Assembly: GCA_046497275.1 (NCBI GenBank)
Contig: JAWOFX010000007.1
Location: 30,001-62,000, forward strand
Length of the DNA stretch: 32,000 bases
DNA from: Promethearchaeia archaeon
GTDB taxonomy: Archaea; Asgardarchaeota; Lokiarchaeia; Sigyniarchaeales; SOKP01
Reading direction: 5' to 3'
The position numbers were made by a program, and so were the translations under genes. Of the stretch, positions 18,415-27,632 are shown piece after piece (within the stretch, counting starts at the first letter, position 1; the number at the start of each line of letters is the position of its first letter). The notes beneath the pieces are model-generated. The model was not told the origin of the DNA and made no database searches. It was given only the letters and a program-made list of their open reading frames with translations.

Positions 18415-19890
18415 TTGATGACAAAAACTTATCAAGAAATAAATGAAAAAATTAAGAATGGAGATGCTGTCGTTGTAACTGCGGAAGAAATGATAAAGAT
18501 AGTCGAGGAAAGTGGAGTAAAAGTAGCTGCGGAGGATATAGATATCATAACAACTGGAACTTTTGGACCAATGTGTTCTAGTGGGGCATTCCTTAATTTT
18601 GGTCATTCTGATCCTCCAATTAAATTTGATCATTTATGGCTTAATGAAGTTCATGCGTATCATGGAAATGCGGCTGTTGATTGCTATTTAGGGGTGACAA
18701 GGATGGCTGATAAAAGACCTTTCGAATATGGAGGAGGAAATGTTATAGAGGAATTAGTATCAGGAAAACCAATTCGATTAAGGGGAACTTCCAATACAAC
18801 AGATTGCTATCCTTTAGGTGAGATTGATACATATTTTACTATTGAAGATTTAAATCAAGCGGTTCTCTGCAATCCTCGTAATGCATACCAAAGATATCAT
18901 TGCGCTGTAAATAGTACGGATAGAACTCTCTATACTTATATGGGCAAATTACTTCCAAATTATGGAAATGCACACTATTGTGGTGCTGGTTGTTTGAACC
19001 CTTTAACAAATGACCCTGATTATGAAACTATTGGGATAGGGACAAGAATTTTTCTGGGTGGAGGTGTAGGATATGTAATTGGACAAGGTACTCAACATAA
19101 TCCTAAAGAGGGATTTGGAACATTATTTGTTAAGGGAGATTTGAAACAAATGCGTTCAGAATATCTAAGAGGAGTAAACTATGAGCAATATGGTACTTCA
19201 ATGTTCTGTGGTGTTGGAATTCCAATACCTATTTTAAATGAAGGACTAGCAAAAAAAACTGCTATAAAAGACGAAGATATAATAACAGAAATAGTTGATT
19301 ATGGTGTTCCCCGGAGAGATAGACCAAAAATTGGAACAACTAATTACAAAGAACTAAAAAGTGGATTAATCAAGATTAATGGAAAAGAAATAAAATGTTC
19401 GTCAATGTCTTCATTATATTATGCGAGAAAAATTGCAAATGAATTAAAAGAATGGATTGAAGATGGCGATTTTCTTTTAAATCCTCCAGCAGAGCAATTA
19501 CCCACAAATACTTCTTTTAAACCAATGAGACAAACATCAGAAATTAAATTCGTTAAAGATTTGAAGAAAGAGGCTGTAATTTGCTATGAAGATTGTGATA
19601 TCCAAATAGTTGCAAATAAAATAATCAATCAAAATATAAATCATATCGTTATTACTGATAGAAATAGGAGATTAAAAGGTATAGTCACCTCATTTGATAT
19701 TACAAAAGCAGTTGCAAGAAATAAGAAAAATCTTCTTGATATCATCACGAAAAAAGTTATTACTACGTCAGATAATGAACCTATAGAGGTGGCTTCTCGA
19801 AAAATGAAAAAAAATGCCATTTCTGCCTTACCTGTGGTAGATGATAAAGATATAGTCGTTGGAATAATTTCTTCGGAGGAGTTGATGTAA
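18415..19890 (+). CDS. L-aspartate semialdehyde sulfurtransferase (homocysteine biosynthesis, DUF39 + CBS; MA1821/MJ0100 family); start may be ATG 18418
   Basis: KTYQEINEKIKNGDAVVVTAEEM, TTGTFGPMCSSG, TDCYP, NPRNAYQ, IGIGTRIFLGG, QHNP; C-terminal CBS pair. Confidence 0.92.
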   Translation: MMTKTYQEINEKIKNGDAVVVTAEEMIKIVEESGVKVAAEDIDIITTGTFGPMCSSGAFLNFGHSDPPIKFDHLWLNEVHAYHGNAAVDCYLGVTRMADKRPFEYGGGNVIEELVSGKPIRLRGTSNTTDCYPLGEIDTYFTIEDLNQAVLCNPRNAYQRYHCAVNSTDRTLYTYMGKLLPNYGNAHYCGAGCLNPLTNDPDYETIGIGTRIFLGGGVGYVIGQGTQHNPKEGFGTLFVKGDLKQMRSEYLRGVNYEQYGTSMFCGVGIPIPILNEGLAKKTAIKDEDIITEIVDYGVPRRDRPKIGTTNYKELKSGLIKINGKEIKCSSMSSLYYARKIANELKEWIEDGDFLLNPPAEQLPTNTSFKPMRQTSEIKFVKDLKKEAVICYEDCDIQIVANKIINQNINHIVITDRNRRLKGIVTSFDITKAVARNKKNLLDIITKKVITTSDNEPIEVASRKMKKNAISALPVVDDKDIVVGIISSEELM

Positions 19891-19893
19891 AGT

Positions 19894-20292
19894 ATGACGA
19901 TTATTAATGTTATGGTTCCTTTTCGCTTGATAAAAAAAATTGATGATTATTCACGAATAATTAATGAAATTTTAAAACATGATATTTCTTTCAATGTTCT
20001 TAAATTTTCAACAAGTTCTAGCGGTATTAATTTACTTTTAGATGTACCTGAAGAAAAAGTCAATACTATAACAACATCTTTACGTCAAAATGAAATTCAA
20101 GTGAATAAAAAAGGAAGAGTTATTTTAGATAAGGATGTCTGTATAGATTGTGGAGCATGTGTAAGTCTATGTCCAACTGATGCGTTATATTTTAAAGAAG
20201 ATAGTTCCATTGATTTTGAAGAGGATAAATGTTTGGGGTGCTTAATATGTATAGACTCTTGTCCACGTGGAGCAATAGAGGAAAGTAAATAA
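19894..20292 (+). CDS. NIL-domain + 2x[4Fe-4S] ferredoxin partner of the sulfurtransferase (MA1822/MJ0099 family)
   Basis: CIDCGACVSLCP and CLGCLICIDSCP; starts 3 nt after the upstream stop; ACT/NIL-like N-terminus. Confidence 0.88.
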   Translation: MTIINVMVPFRLIKKIDDYSRIINEILKHDISFNVLKFSTSSSGINLLLDVPEEKVNTITTSLRQNEIQVNKKGRVILDKDVCIDCGACVSLCPTDALYFKEDSSIDFEEDKCLGCLICIDSCPRGAIEESK

Positions 20293-20314
20293 AATTATTA
20301 TAATCTACATATTT

Positions 20315-21175
20315 CTATTTTTCTGGAAAAAGAGGTTTAATCCCATAACTTTTTGCTTTTTGTATCATCATAGTTTGTTGCTTACTATTTAAATCTGTTA
20401 ATTTTTCTATAGATGAGAAGATTAAAGACCATAGAGATCTTTCGCCCGCAATAGAATATGTTGAGACACATTTTTGATTTAAAGTGAAGTTAATTGCCCG
20501 GTTAATCCATTCTTGAGTATCAAGCGGTTCATACCATGTATTATAAATTTTTTTTCTAGTCCAACGACTTTTTGCTATTGATTTAATCGCGGTAACCCCT
20601 ATTTTTTTCTCTTTAACTAATTCTAAAAGAGGGCGAAAATCATTCAAAGGATCTGGCTTTACCATCGCCCCTAAATAAATAGGACATAATACCGTTTTAA
20701 AATTATATTTCTTTATAGCTTTAATTAAGATCTGAATATCATCATGACCAGTAATCCCAATATTTTTTATAATATCAGACTCTTTAGCTTCCTCAAAAGC
20801 TTCTAATGCTCCTCCTTTACCAAAAATTGTCTCCAAATCTTTTTCAGTTTTAACAGCATGAAATTGATATAAATCAAAATAATCTGTTTTTAAACTTTTA
20901 AGGGAATTTTGAAGTTCCTCCCAAGCTCCTTGTTTTGTTCTTATTTGAGTTTTTTCAGCTAGAAATATCTTTTCTCGATATTTTTCAACCCAAGGAGCTA
21001 ATCTCTTTTCTGCTTGTCCATACGTAGGAGCTACATCAATAGTATTTATTCCTACTTCTAACGCTTGCTGAATATATTTATCGGCTTCTTCTTGTTTAAC
21101 AAATCCAATTCCCCATCCTCCCATTGTTAAAATAGAAATATTATGACCAGTAGACCCAAATTTTCTATATTCCAT
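20315..21175 (-). CDS. Aldo/keto reductase
   Basis: MEYRKFGSTG, IDVAPTYG, DYFDLYQFH, IGITGH. Confidence 0.9.
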   Translation of the reverse strand: MEYRKFGSTGHNISILTMGGWGIGFVKQEEADKYIQQALEVGINTIDVAPTYGQAEKRLAPWVEKYREKIFLAEKTQIRTKQGAWEELQNSLKSLKTDYFDLYQFHAVKTEKDLETIFGKGGALEAFEEAKESDIIKNIGITGHDDIQILIKAIKKYNFKTVLCPIYLGAMVKPDPLNDFRPLLELVKEKKIGVTAIKSIAKSRWTRKKIYNTWYEPLDTQEWINRAINFTLNQKCVSTYSIAGERSLWSLIFSSIEKLTDLNSKQQTMMIQKAKSYGIKPLFPEK

Positions 21176-21361
21176 ACTTTATCTATAATCATGTCCCTTT
21201 TTAATCTATTTTGAATTTTTTAAAAGTAAAATGAGGAATAAAGAAAAGAATAGTGAATATTTTAATTCTTTCTATATCAAGAAATAGAATTTTAAATAAA
21301 AGCTGTAGGTTGAAACTGAGAGAAAATATTTACATTAAATTTTTTTGTTAAAAATTAGTCT

Positions 21362-22375
21362 TTATTCTTCAGAGGTTATAGTCTCAAAAATTAAATGAAT
21401 ACGGGGAGAACTTCTTCTTAAACTTATACACTGTTCCTCTTCACAGCCTCGAAGAATAGCAATGAGTTCATTCAAATGGATTGTGGCAATTTCTAATTTA
21501 TCATCAGTTATGTCATACATTTTTTCTCGAAATTCAGGTTTACTCAAAGTGTATAGACAAGTAGGACAAGGCATCAAGAGAAAACACGCATTAACATTTT
21601 CAGCACTCTTTAGCTTTTTATAGGTGATTTTTAACGCATCCTCAGGGTGGATAACGATCTGGCTAGCACCCCACCCGCAACAACTGTCTTTTTCTGAATA
21701 ATCAACAGGAACACCCCCAAAAAGGGTGATAAGTTCTTCAAGCTTAGTTTTATCCCTCAAGTAAGTTTCCATGTCGCGGTCTCTTTCTAGATTAAGATAA
21801 TGACAGCCATAATGTGATGCCACTTTTAATCCTTTCAAATCATATTTTAAAACCCGTACAATTTCATTTCTAATTAGATAAATAAAATCCAAATCATGCA
21901 CAATGCGTAATTTAGGATGTTCTAAAATTTTATATTGTCCAGGATACTTCTCTCCGCCCATTTTTTCCTCTAATTCATCCAAAATCCTCTGTGTTTTTTT
22001 TCTAACTTCAGGGACTTTGAGAAAATCTCTCCCTCTTAATAATGAGTTATAACATCCATTACAGCTCACGAGGAGAATATCTGATTGATTATTAATTTCA
22101 TTTAAATTACGCTCATTGATAGCCGCAAATTGAGCTCTTGTGATTAAATTTCTTTGAAAAAAAGTTCCTGAGCAACATGATTGATTTTTGCAGATAGAGA
22201 CTTCCAATCCTAAAGCTTCTAATAAATTCTTCATGCCAAATCGCACACCTGGAAAATATTTCTCCAAACATGCTTTAAATAAGCATAGTTTCTTTCCCTT
22301 AAAAAATTCTAATGGATTTTCAGGATATTTCACTCTAATCTCATCAAGATCTAAAGCAAGATTTTCAATTTCCAT
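21362..22375 (-). CDS. hdrB: Heterodisulfide reductase subunit B-like protein (two CCG domains)
   Basis: All ten CCG-motif cysteines: ACL...SCCSG...CNGC and HYGCH...SCCGWG...CPTC. Confidence 0.85.
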   Translation of the reverse strand: MEIENLALDLDEIRVKYPENPLEFFKGKKLCLFKACLEKYFPGVRFGMKNLLEALGLEVSICKNQSCCSGTFFQRNLITRAQFAAINERNLNEINNQSDILLVSCNGCYNSLLRGRDFLKVPEVRKKTQRILDELEEKMGGEKYPGQYKILEHPKLRIVHDLDFIYLIRNEIVRVLKYDLKGLKVASHYGCHYLNLERDRDMETYLRDKTKLEELITLFGGVPVDYSEKDSCCGWGASQIVIHPEDALKITYKKLKSAENVNACFLLMPCPTCLYTLSKPEFREKMYDITDDKLEIATIHLNELIAILRGCEEEQCISLRRSSPRIHLIFETITSEE

Positions 22376-22396
22376 TGTTATTATAATTATATTGAT

Positions 22397-22960
22397 TTAT
22401 TTTCTTTTTTTATTTGAAGAATTATTAGATCTTTCCTTTCTATTTTGCTGTTCTTTATCACTTGCTTTAAACACATATTTAATTCGAGCAAAATCACAGA
22501 TTTTATCCAATTCTTTAACTCTCTCTTCTGGTAATTCACCATCTAAAGGTTCATCAAGTACAGAACCGTTTGTAAGAAATTTTTCGGACATCTCCACATA
22601 TTTCGTTAAATCATTATAACGTGGACCATAACCCCTTTTAAAAGATTCATTACGTAAATTTAAAATAAGTAAGGGAATATTAATATTTTCTTTAGGACAT
22701 ACCCGTTTGCAGCGTTCACAAAGGAAACAATACCAGATATCGGAATCTTTTAAAACACTTTTGTCTCCTCGCAATATTTTTCGAATAATTTTGCGAATAT
22801 TGAAATTTGAAATTTTAGATGCCGGACAGCCTCCAACACACTTTCCACAATCAATGCATTGCCGAATGTTTTTATTTTCCTCGACATCTTTCACTAAACT
22901 CTCAAGAAAGTCATAACTCCATTCTTCATCAGAAGTTTCTTGCATAAGATTACTCTTCAA
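22397..22960 (-). CDS. hdrC: Heterodisulfide reductase subunit C-like 2x[4Fe-4S] protein
   Basis: CIDCGKCVGGCP and WYCFLCERCKRVCP, immediately upstream of hdrB. Confidence 0.85.
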   Translation of the reverse strand: MKSNLMQETSDEEWSYDFLESLVKDVEENKNIRQCIDCGKCVGGCPASKISNFNIRKIIRKILRGDKSVLKDSDIWYCFLCERCKRVCPKENINIPLLILNLRNESFKRGYGPRYNDLTKYVEMSEKFLTNGSVLDEPLDGELPEERVKELDKICDFARIKYVFKASDKEQQNRKERSNNSSNKKRK

Positions 22961-23182
22961 ATTTAATTATTTACTTCTCTTTCTATTGTAAAATATTGTG
23001 TATTGTAAAAAAATTATTAGATTTTGGTTTAGAAAAATAAAACGTTACTAACTTAACGATTATAAGAGATTTAAATAATAATAAACCACTTAGAGATTTT
23101 ATTTAATAAAAGCGAGATATAAATTACAAATTACATAATTGTTCTATAAAAAAATATAATATTTGTAATTAGTGTAATAATT

Positions 23183-24709
23183 TTGAAATATCATACAATT
23201 ATTATCGGAGCTGGAGTTGGTGGATTGACAGCTGCCGCTAAACTCGCTTCTAAGGGAAAAAAAGTACTAGTATTAGAAAAAATCCACCATATTGGTGGGA
23301 CAAGCCATGTTTTTAGGAGAGGTGAGTTTTATTTTCCAATGGGACCATTATCATTTAGTTATCCTAATTTTATTAACAAAATGCTTGGAGAGATTGGTAT
23401 CACTGAAAAAATAACTTATACAAGAAGCCATTTTCAACTTATATCTCCAGATATTGATATAATTTATTCTAAACCTTTATCAGAACTTCAAAAAACCTTA
23501 ATAAAAAGGTTTCCAGAAGAAAAAATAGGGATTTCAAGATTTTTCTCAATTCTTATGGAAATAGTTAGTAGTATTAAGGATATATATAATTGGAATCCTG
23601 ACTATAGTATAAGAAAAACAAAATCCAACGCAAAAAAAAATCTTTCAAAAATAGATAAAAAGAAATATGATTTAGTTAAGAAATATTCAAATCTTTCTTC
23701 TAAAGAAGTTTTGGATGATTATATTAATGATTTGACTGTAAAAAAATTGCTTGGTTCTCAAGGTACTTATGAACCCATTATGTCAATGCTTCATTTAGCG
23801 TTTATGTGGAATGTGATGTCAGAAGAGGGAATTTGGTTTCCTTCTTGCGGTATTCATGGAATTAATGAATTATTATATAATTCTATACTTTCCAACGGGG
23901 GGGAGGTTAAGCTTAATACGCCTGTTAGAGAAATTATAATCGAAGATAATTACTCAAAAGGGGTGATTACCGAAGATGGAACAAGATATTCATCAGATTA
24001 CATTATCTCTAATGCAGACTATAAAACAACTTTTTTGAACTTAATTAATAATGAAAAAGTTCCCTCAGAATTTTATAATGCTATCAAGGAAAATTCATAC
24101 ACGGGATCAGAAATTTGCGTGTATCTCGGGATTGAACCTAATAATATTGACTTAAGCAAAGTAAGAGCAACCCACGTTTTCTACAGGAAAAAAATAGAAA
24201 ATGCGAAGACAAGGACAAATAACAAATTCAGAGAAGATTTCGAAAATAAAGAAATTGAGATATGTTTATGGTCTGAAAAATTAGAAGAATTAGCACCGAA
24301 AGGAAAAAAAAGCATTCTTTTGAGAGTTAATTTTCCATATGATATTATGGAACCTTGGAGAACAGGAGTAAAAAGAAGAAAAGAAGGATACAACGAATAT
24401 AAGAATAAATTAGCTGATAAATTAATAAATGTAATGGAAAATATTTTACCGGGTTTTTCGGGAAGTATTTTAAAAAGGGAAATTGCAACACCCCTCACTT
24501 ATCAAGACTGGGGAAAAAGATATAGAGGTTCAATTGCAGGCTGGTCAAGGGATATAAGGAAAGTAAAAGCTTTTGATCGACAACTATTAATCACAACGCC
24601 AATCGAAAACTTACTGATGGCGGGTTTATATGCGAGTAAAGAGTTATTTTTAGGAGGATATCCGATTTCTATGTATACCGGAATTTTAGCTGCTGATTAC
24701 ATTTCATAA
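23183..24709 (+). CDS. Phytoene desaturase-family (COG1233) FAD oxidoreductase
   Basis: IIGAGVGG...VLVLEK...GG, GIWFPSCG, YIISNAD, ATPLTY, NLLMAG. Confidence 0.85.
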   Translation: MKYHTIIIGAGVGGLTAAAKLASKGKKVLVLEKIHHIGGTSHVFRRGEFYFPMGPLSFSYPNFINKMLGEIGITEKITYTRSHFQLISPDIDIIYSKPLSELQKTLIKRFPEEKIGISRFFSILMEIVSSIKDIYNWNPDYSIRKTKSNAKKNLSKIDKKKYDLVKKYSNLSSKEVLDDYINDLTVKKLLGSQGTYEPIMSMLHLAFMWNVMSEEGIWFPSCGIHGINELLYNSILSNGGEVKLNTPVREIIIEDNYSKGVITEDGTRYSSDYIISNADYKTTFLNLINNEKVPSEFYNAIKENSYTGSEICVYLGIEPNNIDLSKVRATHVFYRKKIENAKTRTNNKFREDFENKEIEICLWSEKLEELAPKGKKSILLRVNFPYDIMEPWRTGVKRRKEGYNEYKNKLADKLINVMENILPGFSGSILKREIATPLTYQDWGKRYRGSIAGWSRDIRKVKAFDRQLLITTPIENLLMAGLYASKELFLGGYPISMYTGILAADYIS

Positions 24710-24877
24710 ATGAAAAATAATCGTTTTATAAAAATCTAATTTTGTTTAAATTAACTATACAGATTTAGTGAAAGTTAATAATAGATTACTCGGCAATTTA
24801 TGATAAATTTGATAAAATTTGATATTCAAGTAATGATTATCATATTAAAACAAAATAAAAGCATTATTTGGTCCAAA

Positions 24878-25759
24878 ATGTTGTTAAAAAATAAAAATAT
24901 CGTCATCACAGGATCTGGGAGAGGTATTGGAAGGTCGGTTGCTATAGCTTGTGGTAAGGAAGGAGCTAATGTGGGAATAACATCCAGGACTATCGAGGAA
25001 TTAGAAATAACTTCAGAAAAAATTAAGCAGGAAAATCCGGACGTTAAAATTGTTATTAAAACTGCCGATATAACAAATTATTCTGAAGTTGAGGATCTTT
25101 TTAATTATTTTTCGGAAAAATTAGGTAAATTAGATGGAGTTATCGCTAATGCAGGAATAGCTGGAAGATGGGATACTCATGAGTTTAAATCCGATAAATT
25201 TTCTCAAATTCTTGATGTAAATATTTTAGGAGTTTTTAATACTTTTAAAGCTTCTTATCCACATTTAAAAAAAGATGATAAAAAGAAAAAAGCACGGTTC
25301 ATAATCACTGGGAGTGCGGCTTATCCTGCAGCTATGCCTAAGTTTGCTGCCTATACAGCTACTAAATACGCGGTTGTTGGGTTCCAAAAAGCATTAGCTT
25401 TAGAGTATCGGAAAGAAAACTTTAATATTAATATGGTTCTCCCTACAATGGTCGATACACAGCTTTTAAGAGGTGATAAAGCGGGAGATGGTAATGCTCC
25501 TCCAAGTGTAATGCAACCTGATGAATTAAATGATTATTATCTCTTTTTATTATCAAATGAGGCAAACAGAGTAAATGATGAATTAATTTATCCCATGGAA
25601 TTTGAACAATACGTCAATTTACTAAAAGACATTCCCGATGAAAATAAAAAAGATTGGGATAATTTGAAAGAATATTTGGAAAACCAAGAACCTAATATTT
25701 ACGATAATATAAAAAAGCAATCGAGATTAGCACGCTACTTACTGAAAAAACACAAATAG
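24878..25759 (+). CDS. Short-chain dehydrogenase/reductase (SDR)
   Basis: TGSGRGIG, NAG, YTATK. Start moved from 24800 to ATG 24878 because the SDR fold begins at MLLKNKNIVITG. Confidence 0.88.
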   Translation: MLLKNKNIVITGSGRGIGRSVAIACGKEGANVGITSRTIEELEITSEKIKQENPDVKIVIKTADITNYSEVEDLFNYFSEKLGKLDGVIANAGIAGRWDTHEFKSDKFSQILDVNILGVFNTFKASYPHLKKDDKKKKARFIITGSAAYPAAMPKFAAYTATKYAVVGFQKALALEYRKENFNINMVLPTMVDTQLLRGDKAGDGNAPPSVMQPDELNDYYLFLLSNEANRVNDELIYPMEFEQYVNLLKDIPDENKKDWDNLKEYLENQEPNIYDNIKKQSRLARYLLKKHK

Positions 25760-25987
25760 ATTCAATTTACATATCTCTTTATTTTATTTTGAAATTAATT
25801 TTTTATATTCTTATATGAAAATGGTGTTGAATTATAGAAGAACTTTTATATGTTTAAAGAAAGTAAATTATTTATATTAATCAAATAAATATATAATATA
25901 GAAATTCCAAGTGTAATCTTAATTGAGTTTCACGATATCTTGGAAGAGAAGGAAGCGAAATTATTTAAAAATTAGGTTAAGAAGCAA

Positions 25988-26641
25988 ATGGTTTTAGTCA
26001 AATCTGGTAAGATTTATATAAAAATTCTCTATTTTGGAATGTACGCTTCTGGAAAGACCACGATACTTCAAACTCTTTTTAAACTCACTAAACAACAGAA
26101 AAAAGATATTGTACCTGTTGGAAACCTGACTCAAATTGGTAGAAGCAGTGGATCAACACTCTATTTCGATCGGGGTCTTTTTCAATCTAAAAAGCAGAAT
26201 AAAGTTTTTTACATGGTGTATACAGTAGCCGGTCAGAAAAGTTTCTCTTCTCTCAGAGAAAGAGTATTCGAAGGCACAGATGGAATTCTTTTTGTTGCTG
26301 ATTCGCAAACTAATTTAATTAGAGAAAATATCGAATTTCTGAAAGAGTTAAAATCATTAGCCCAACAGAAACTAATCAAAGAAATTCCCTTAGTTATAAT
26401 GCTAAATAAAAAAGATTTAGAAGAGACTATTACTAAGAAAGATTTCGAACAAATATTAAAAGATGAGAAATTATGGTATAATTCTGGAACTGACTTAGCT
26501 AAATGGAATCCTGAGATTTTTGAGACATGCGCATTATATGATAAACAACAAAACATATATGAAAGCTTTCAAGAATGTTCCCGAAGAACAGTATTATACC
26601 AACTCTATGGAGAAGGAAAAGCGCCATCTAATAATGAATGA
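25988..26641 (+). CDS. mglA: MglA-like small GTPase
   Basis: KILYFGMYASGKTT, TLYFD, YTVAGQ (MglA-type TVPGQ replacing DxxG), GTDGILFVADSQ, NKKD. Confidence 0.8.
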   Translation: MVLVKSGKIYIKILYFGMYASGKTTILQTLFKLTKQQKKDIVPVGNLTQIGRSSGSTLYFDRGLFQSKKQNKVFYMVYTVAGQKSFSSLRERVFEGTDGILFVADSQTNLIRENIEFLKELKSLAQQKLIKEIPLVIMLNKKDLEETITKKDFEQILKDEKLWYNSGTDLAKWNPEIFETCALYDKQQNIYESFQECSRRTVLYQLYGEGKAPSNNE

Positions 26642-26655
26642 ATTGAACTTCCTAT

Positions 26656-26676
26656 AAAAAAAATAAAAAAAAAAAA
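26656..26676 (-). terminator. Long T-tract on the minus strand after the 7-TM gene
   Basis: A8-T-A12 on the plus strand between two convergent stops. Confidence 0.45.
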
Positions 26677-26686
26677 TTTAAATATC

Positions 26687-27469
26687 CTACTCTTTCTTTT
26701 GGAATATTTTTTTTACGAATGGTGGTAATATAAAACCAATATAGAATTCAATAGCACTTAAGATCAATATACTTCTTACAACTCCTACAAAAATAGAAAT
26801 CACGGGACTTGTTAAGAGAAGGCCTAAGATATCTGTAAAAATCAATCCGGTTATAGCATCGAGGAGTGCCCCGATACAAAATGATATAAAAGCAGCCATT
26901 AAAAATTTCCCTTTGACTTTCACTTCTGGGTTTTCAGATTTCAATGAATTTCGAGCGAATAAAACACCCGTTATTAATAAAATAATGACAAATCCAACAA
27001 GATATAATGTCAAAAATTCTTTAAACTCAATTTGAAAAACACGTTGATATTCTCCGAGATAAGTTTCTATATCTATATTATATAATAGGAAGAACGTAGC
27101 TTCAAATATTATAGCCAGTATTAAAAAAATTGCTAATAGCAATTTCTGTTTATCTTTGTATAATAATTCGCTAAAGGCCCAAATCCAAATCAGAAGGAAA
27201 AAAGGGAGTAAAACATTTCCTATTAAGAGATATAAATCTATTGGAATGCTAGATCCACCAAATAACATAATTAGAAAGCTAATTGAGTCTGGAAACCAAG
27301 GACTTGCGAGACCAATCCATGATAATCCCATTAAAATAAATATTTTACTTTTAAATTTAAAATATTTGAAAAGAATGGTGATCCCAATAATTAATGAAAT
27401 AATTACAAATAGAAGGCTAAAAGTACCTTGTACTAAATCTATAATCTCTAAGTTACCCAAAGTTGCCAA
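26687..27469 (-). CDS. Seven-TM membrane protein of unknown function
   Basis: Seven hydrophobic segments by eye. Start moved to TTG 27469 because GAGGTG (Shine-Dalgarno-like) lies 7 nt upstream. Confidence 0.7.
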   Translation of the reverse strand: MATLGNLEIIDLVQGTFSLLFVIISLIIGITILFKYFKFKSKIFILMGLSWIGLASPWFPDSISFLIMLFGGSSIPIDLYLLIGNVLLPFFLLIWIWAFSELLYKDKQKLLLAIFLILAIIFEATFFLLYNIDIETYLGEYQRVFQIEFKEFLTLYLVGFVIILLITGVLFARNSLKSENPEVKVKGKFLMAAFISFCIGALLDAITGLIFTDILGLLLTSPVISIFVGVVRSILILSAIEFYIGFILPPFVKKIFQKKE

Positions 27470-27632
27470 AAAAAAACACCTCACTTTTTTAATTTATATT
27501 TGAATAGTAGAAAGTTATCTATTTATACTTTTTTTACTAAAAGATGAGATTACTTCAAATATTAGTAACTTTTATTAAACAATAATAAGTTTTTTTGTCT
27601 AAGTGAATTAAAAATTTTTAAAATTATGATTT

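Noticed and set aside
22984-23170. TATTGT direct repeats upstream of hdrC and AATTACAAAT/ATTTGTAATT inverted repeat (23122-23131, 23161-23170)
   Set aside because: Almost pure A/T in an extremely AT-rich spacer; not distinguishable from chance without comparative data.
23183-25759. Carotenoid biosynthesis cluster
   Set aside because: The COG1233 family is functionally broad, and no phytoene synthase or cyclase gene is present in the window.
26687-27469. Rhodopsin or bona fide GPCR
   Set aside because: No Lys in TM7 for retinal attachment and no DRY/NPxxY-type motifs; seven helices alone are insufficient.
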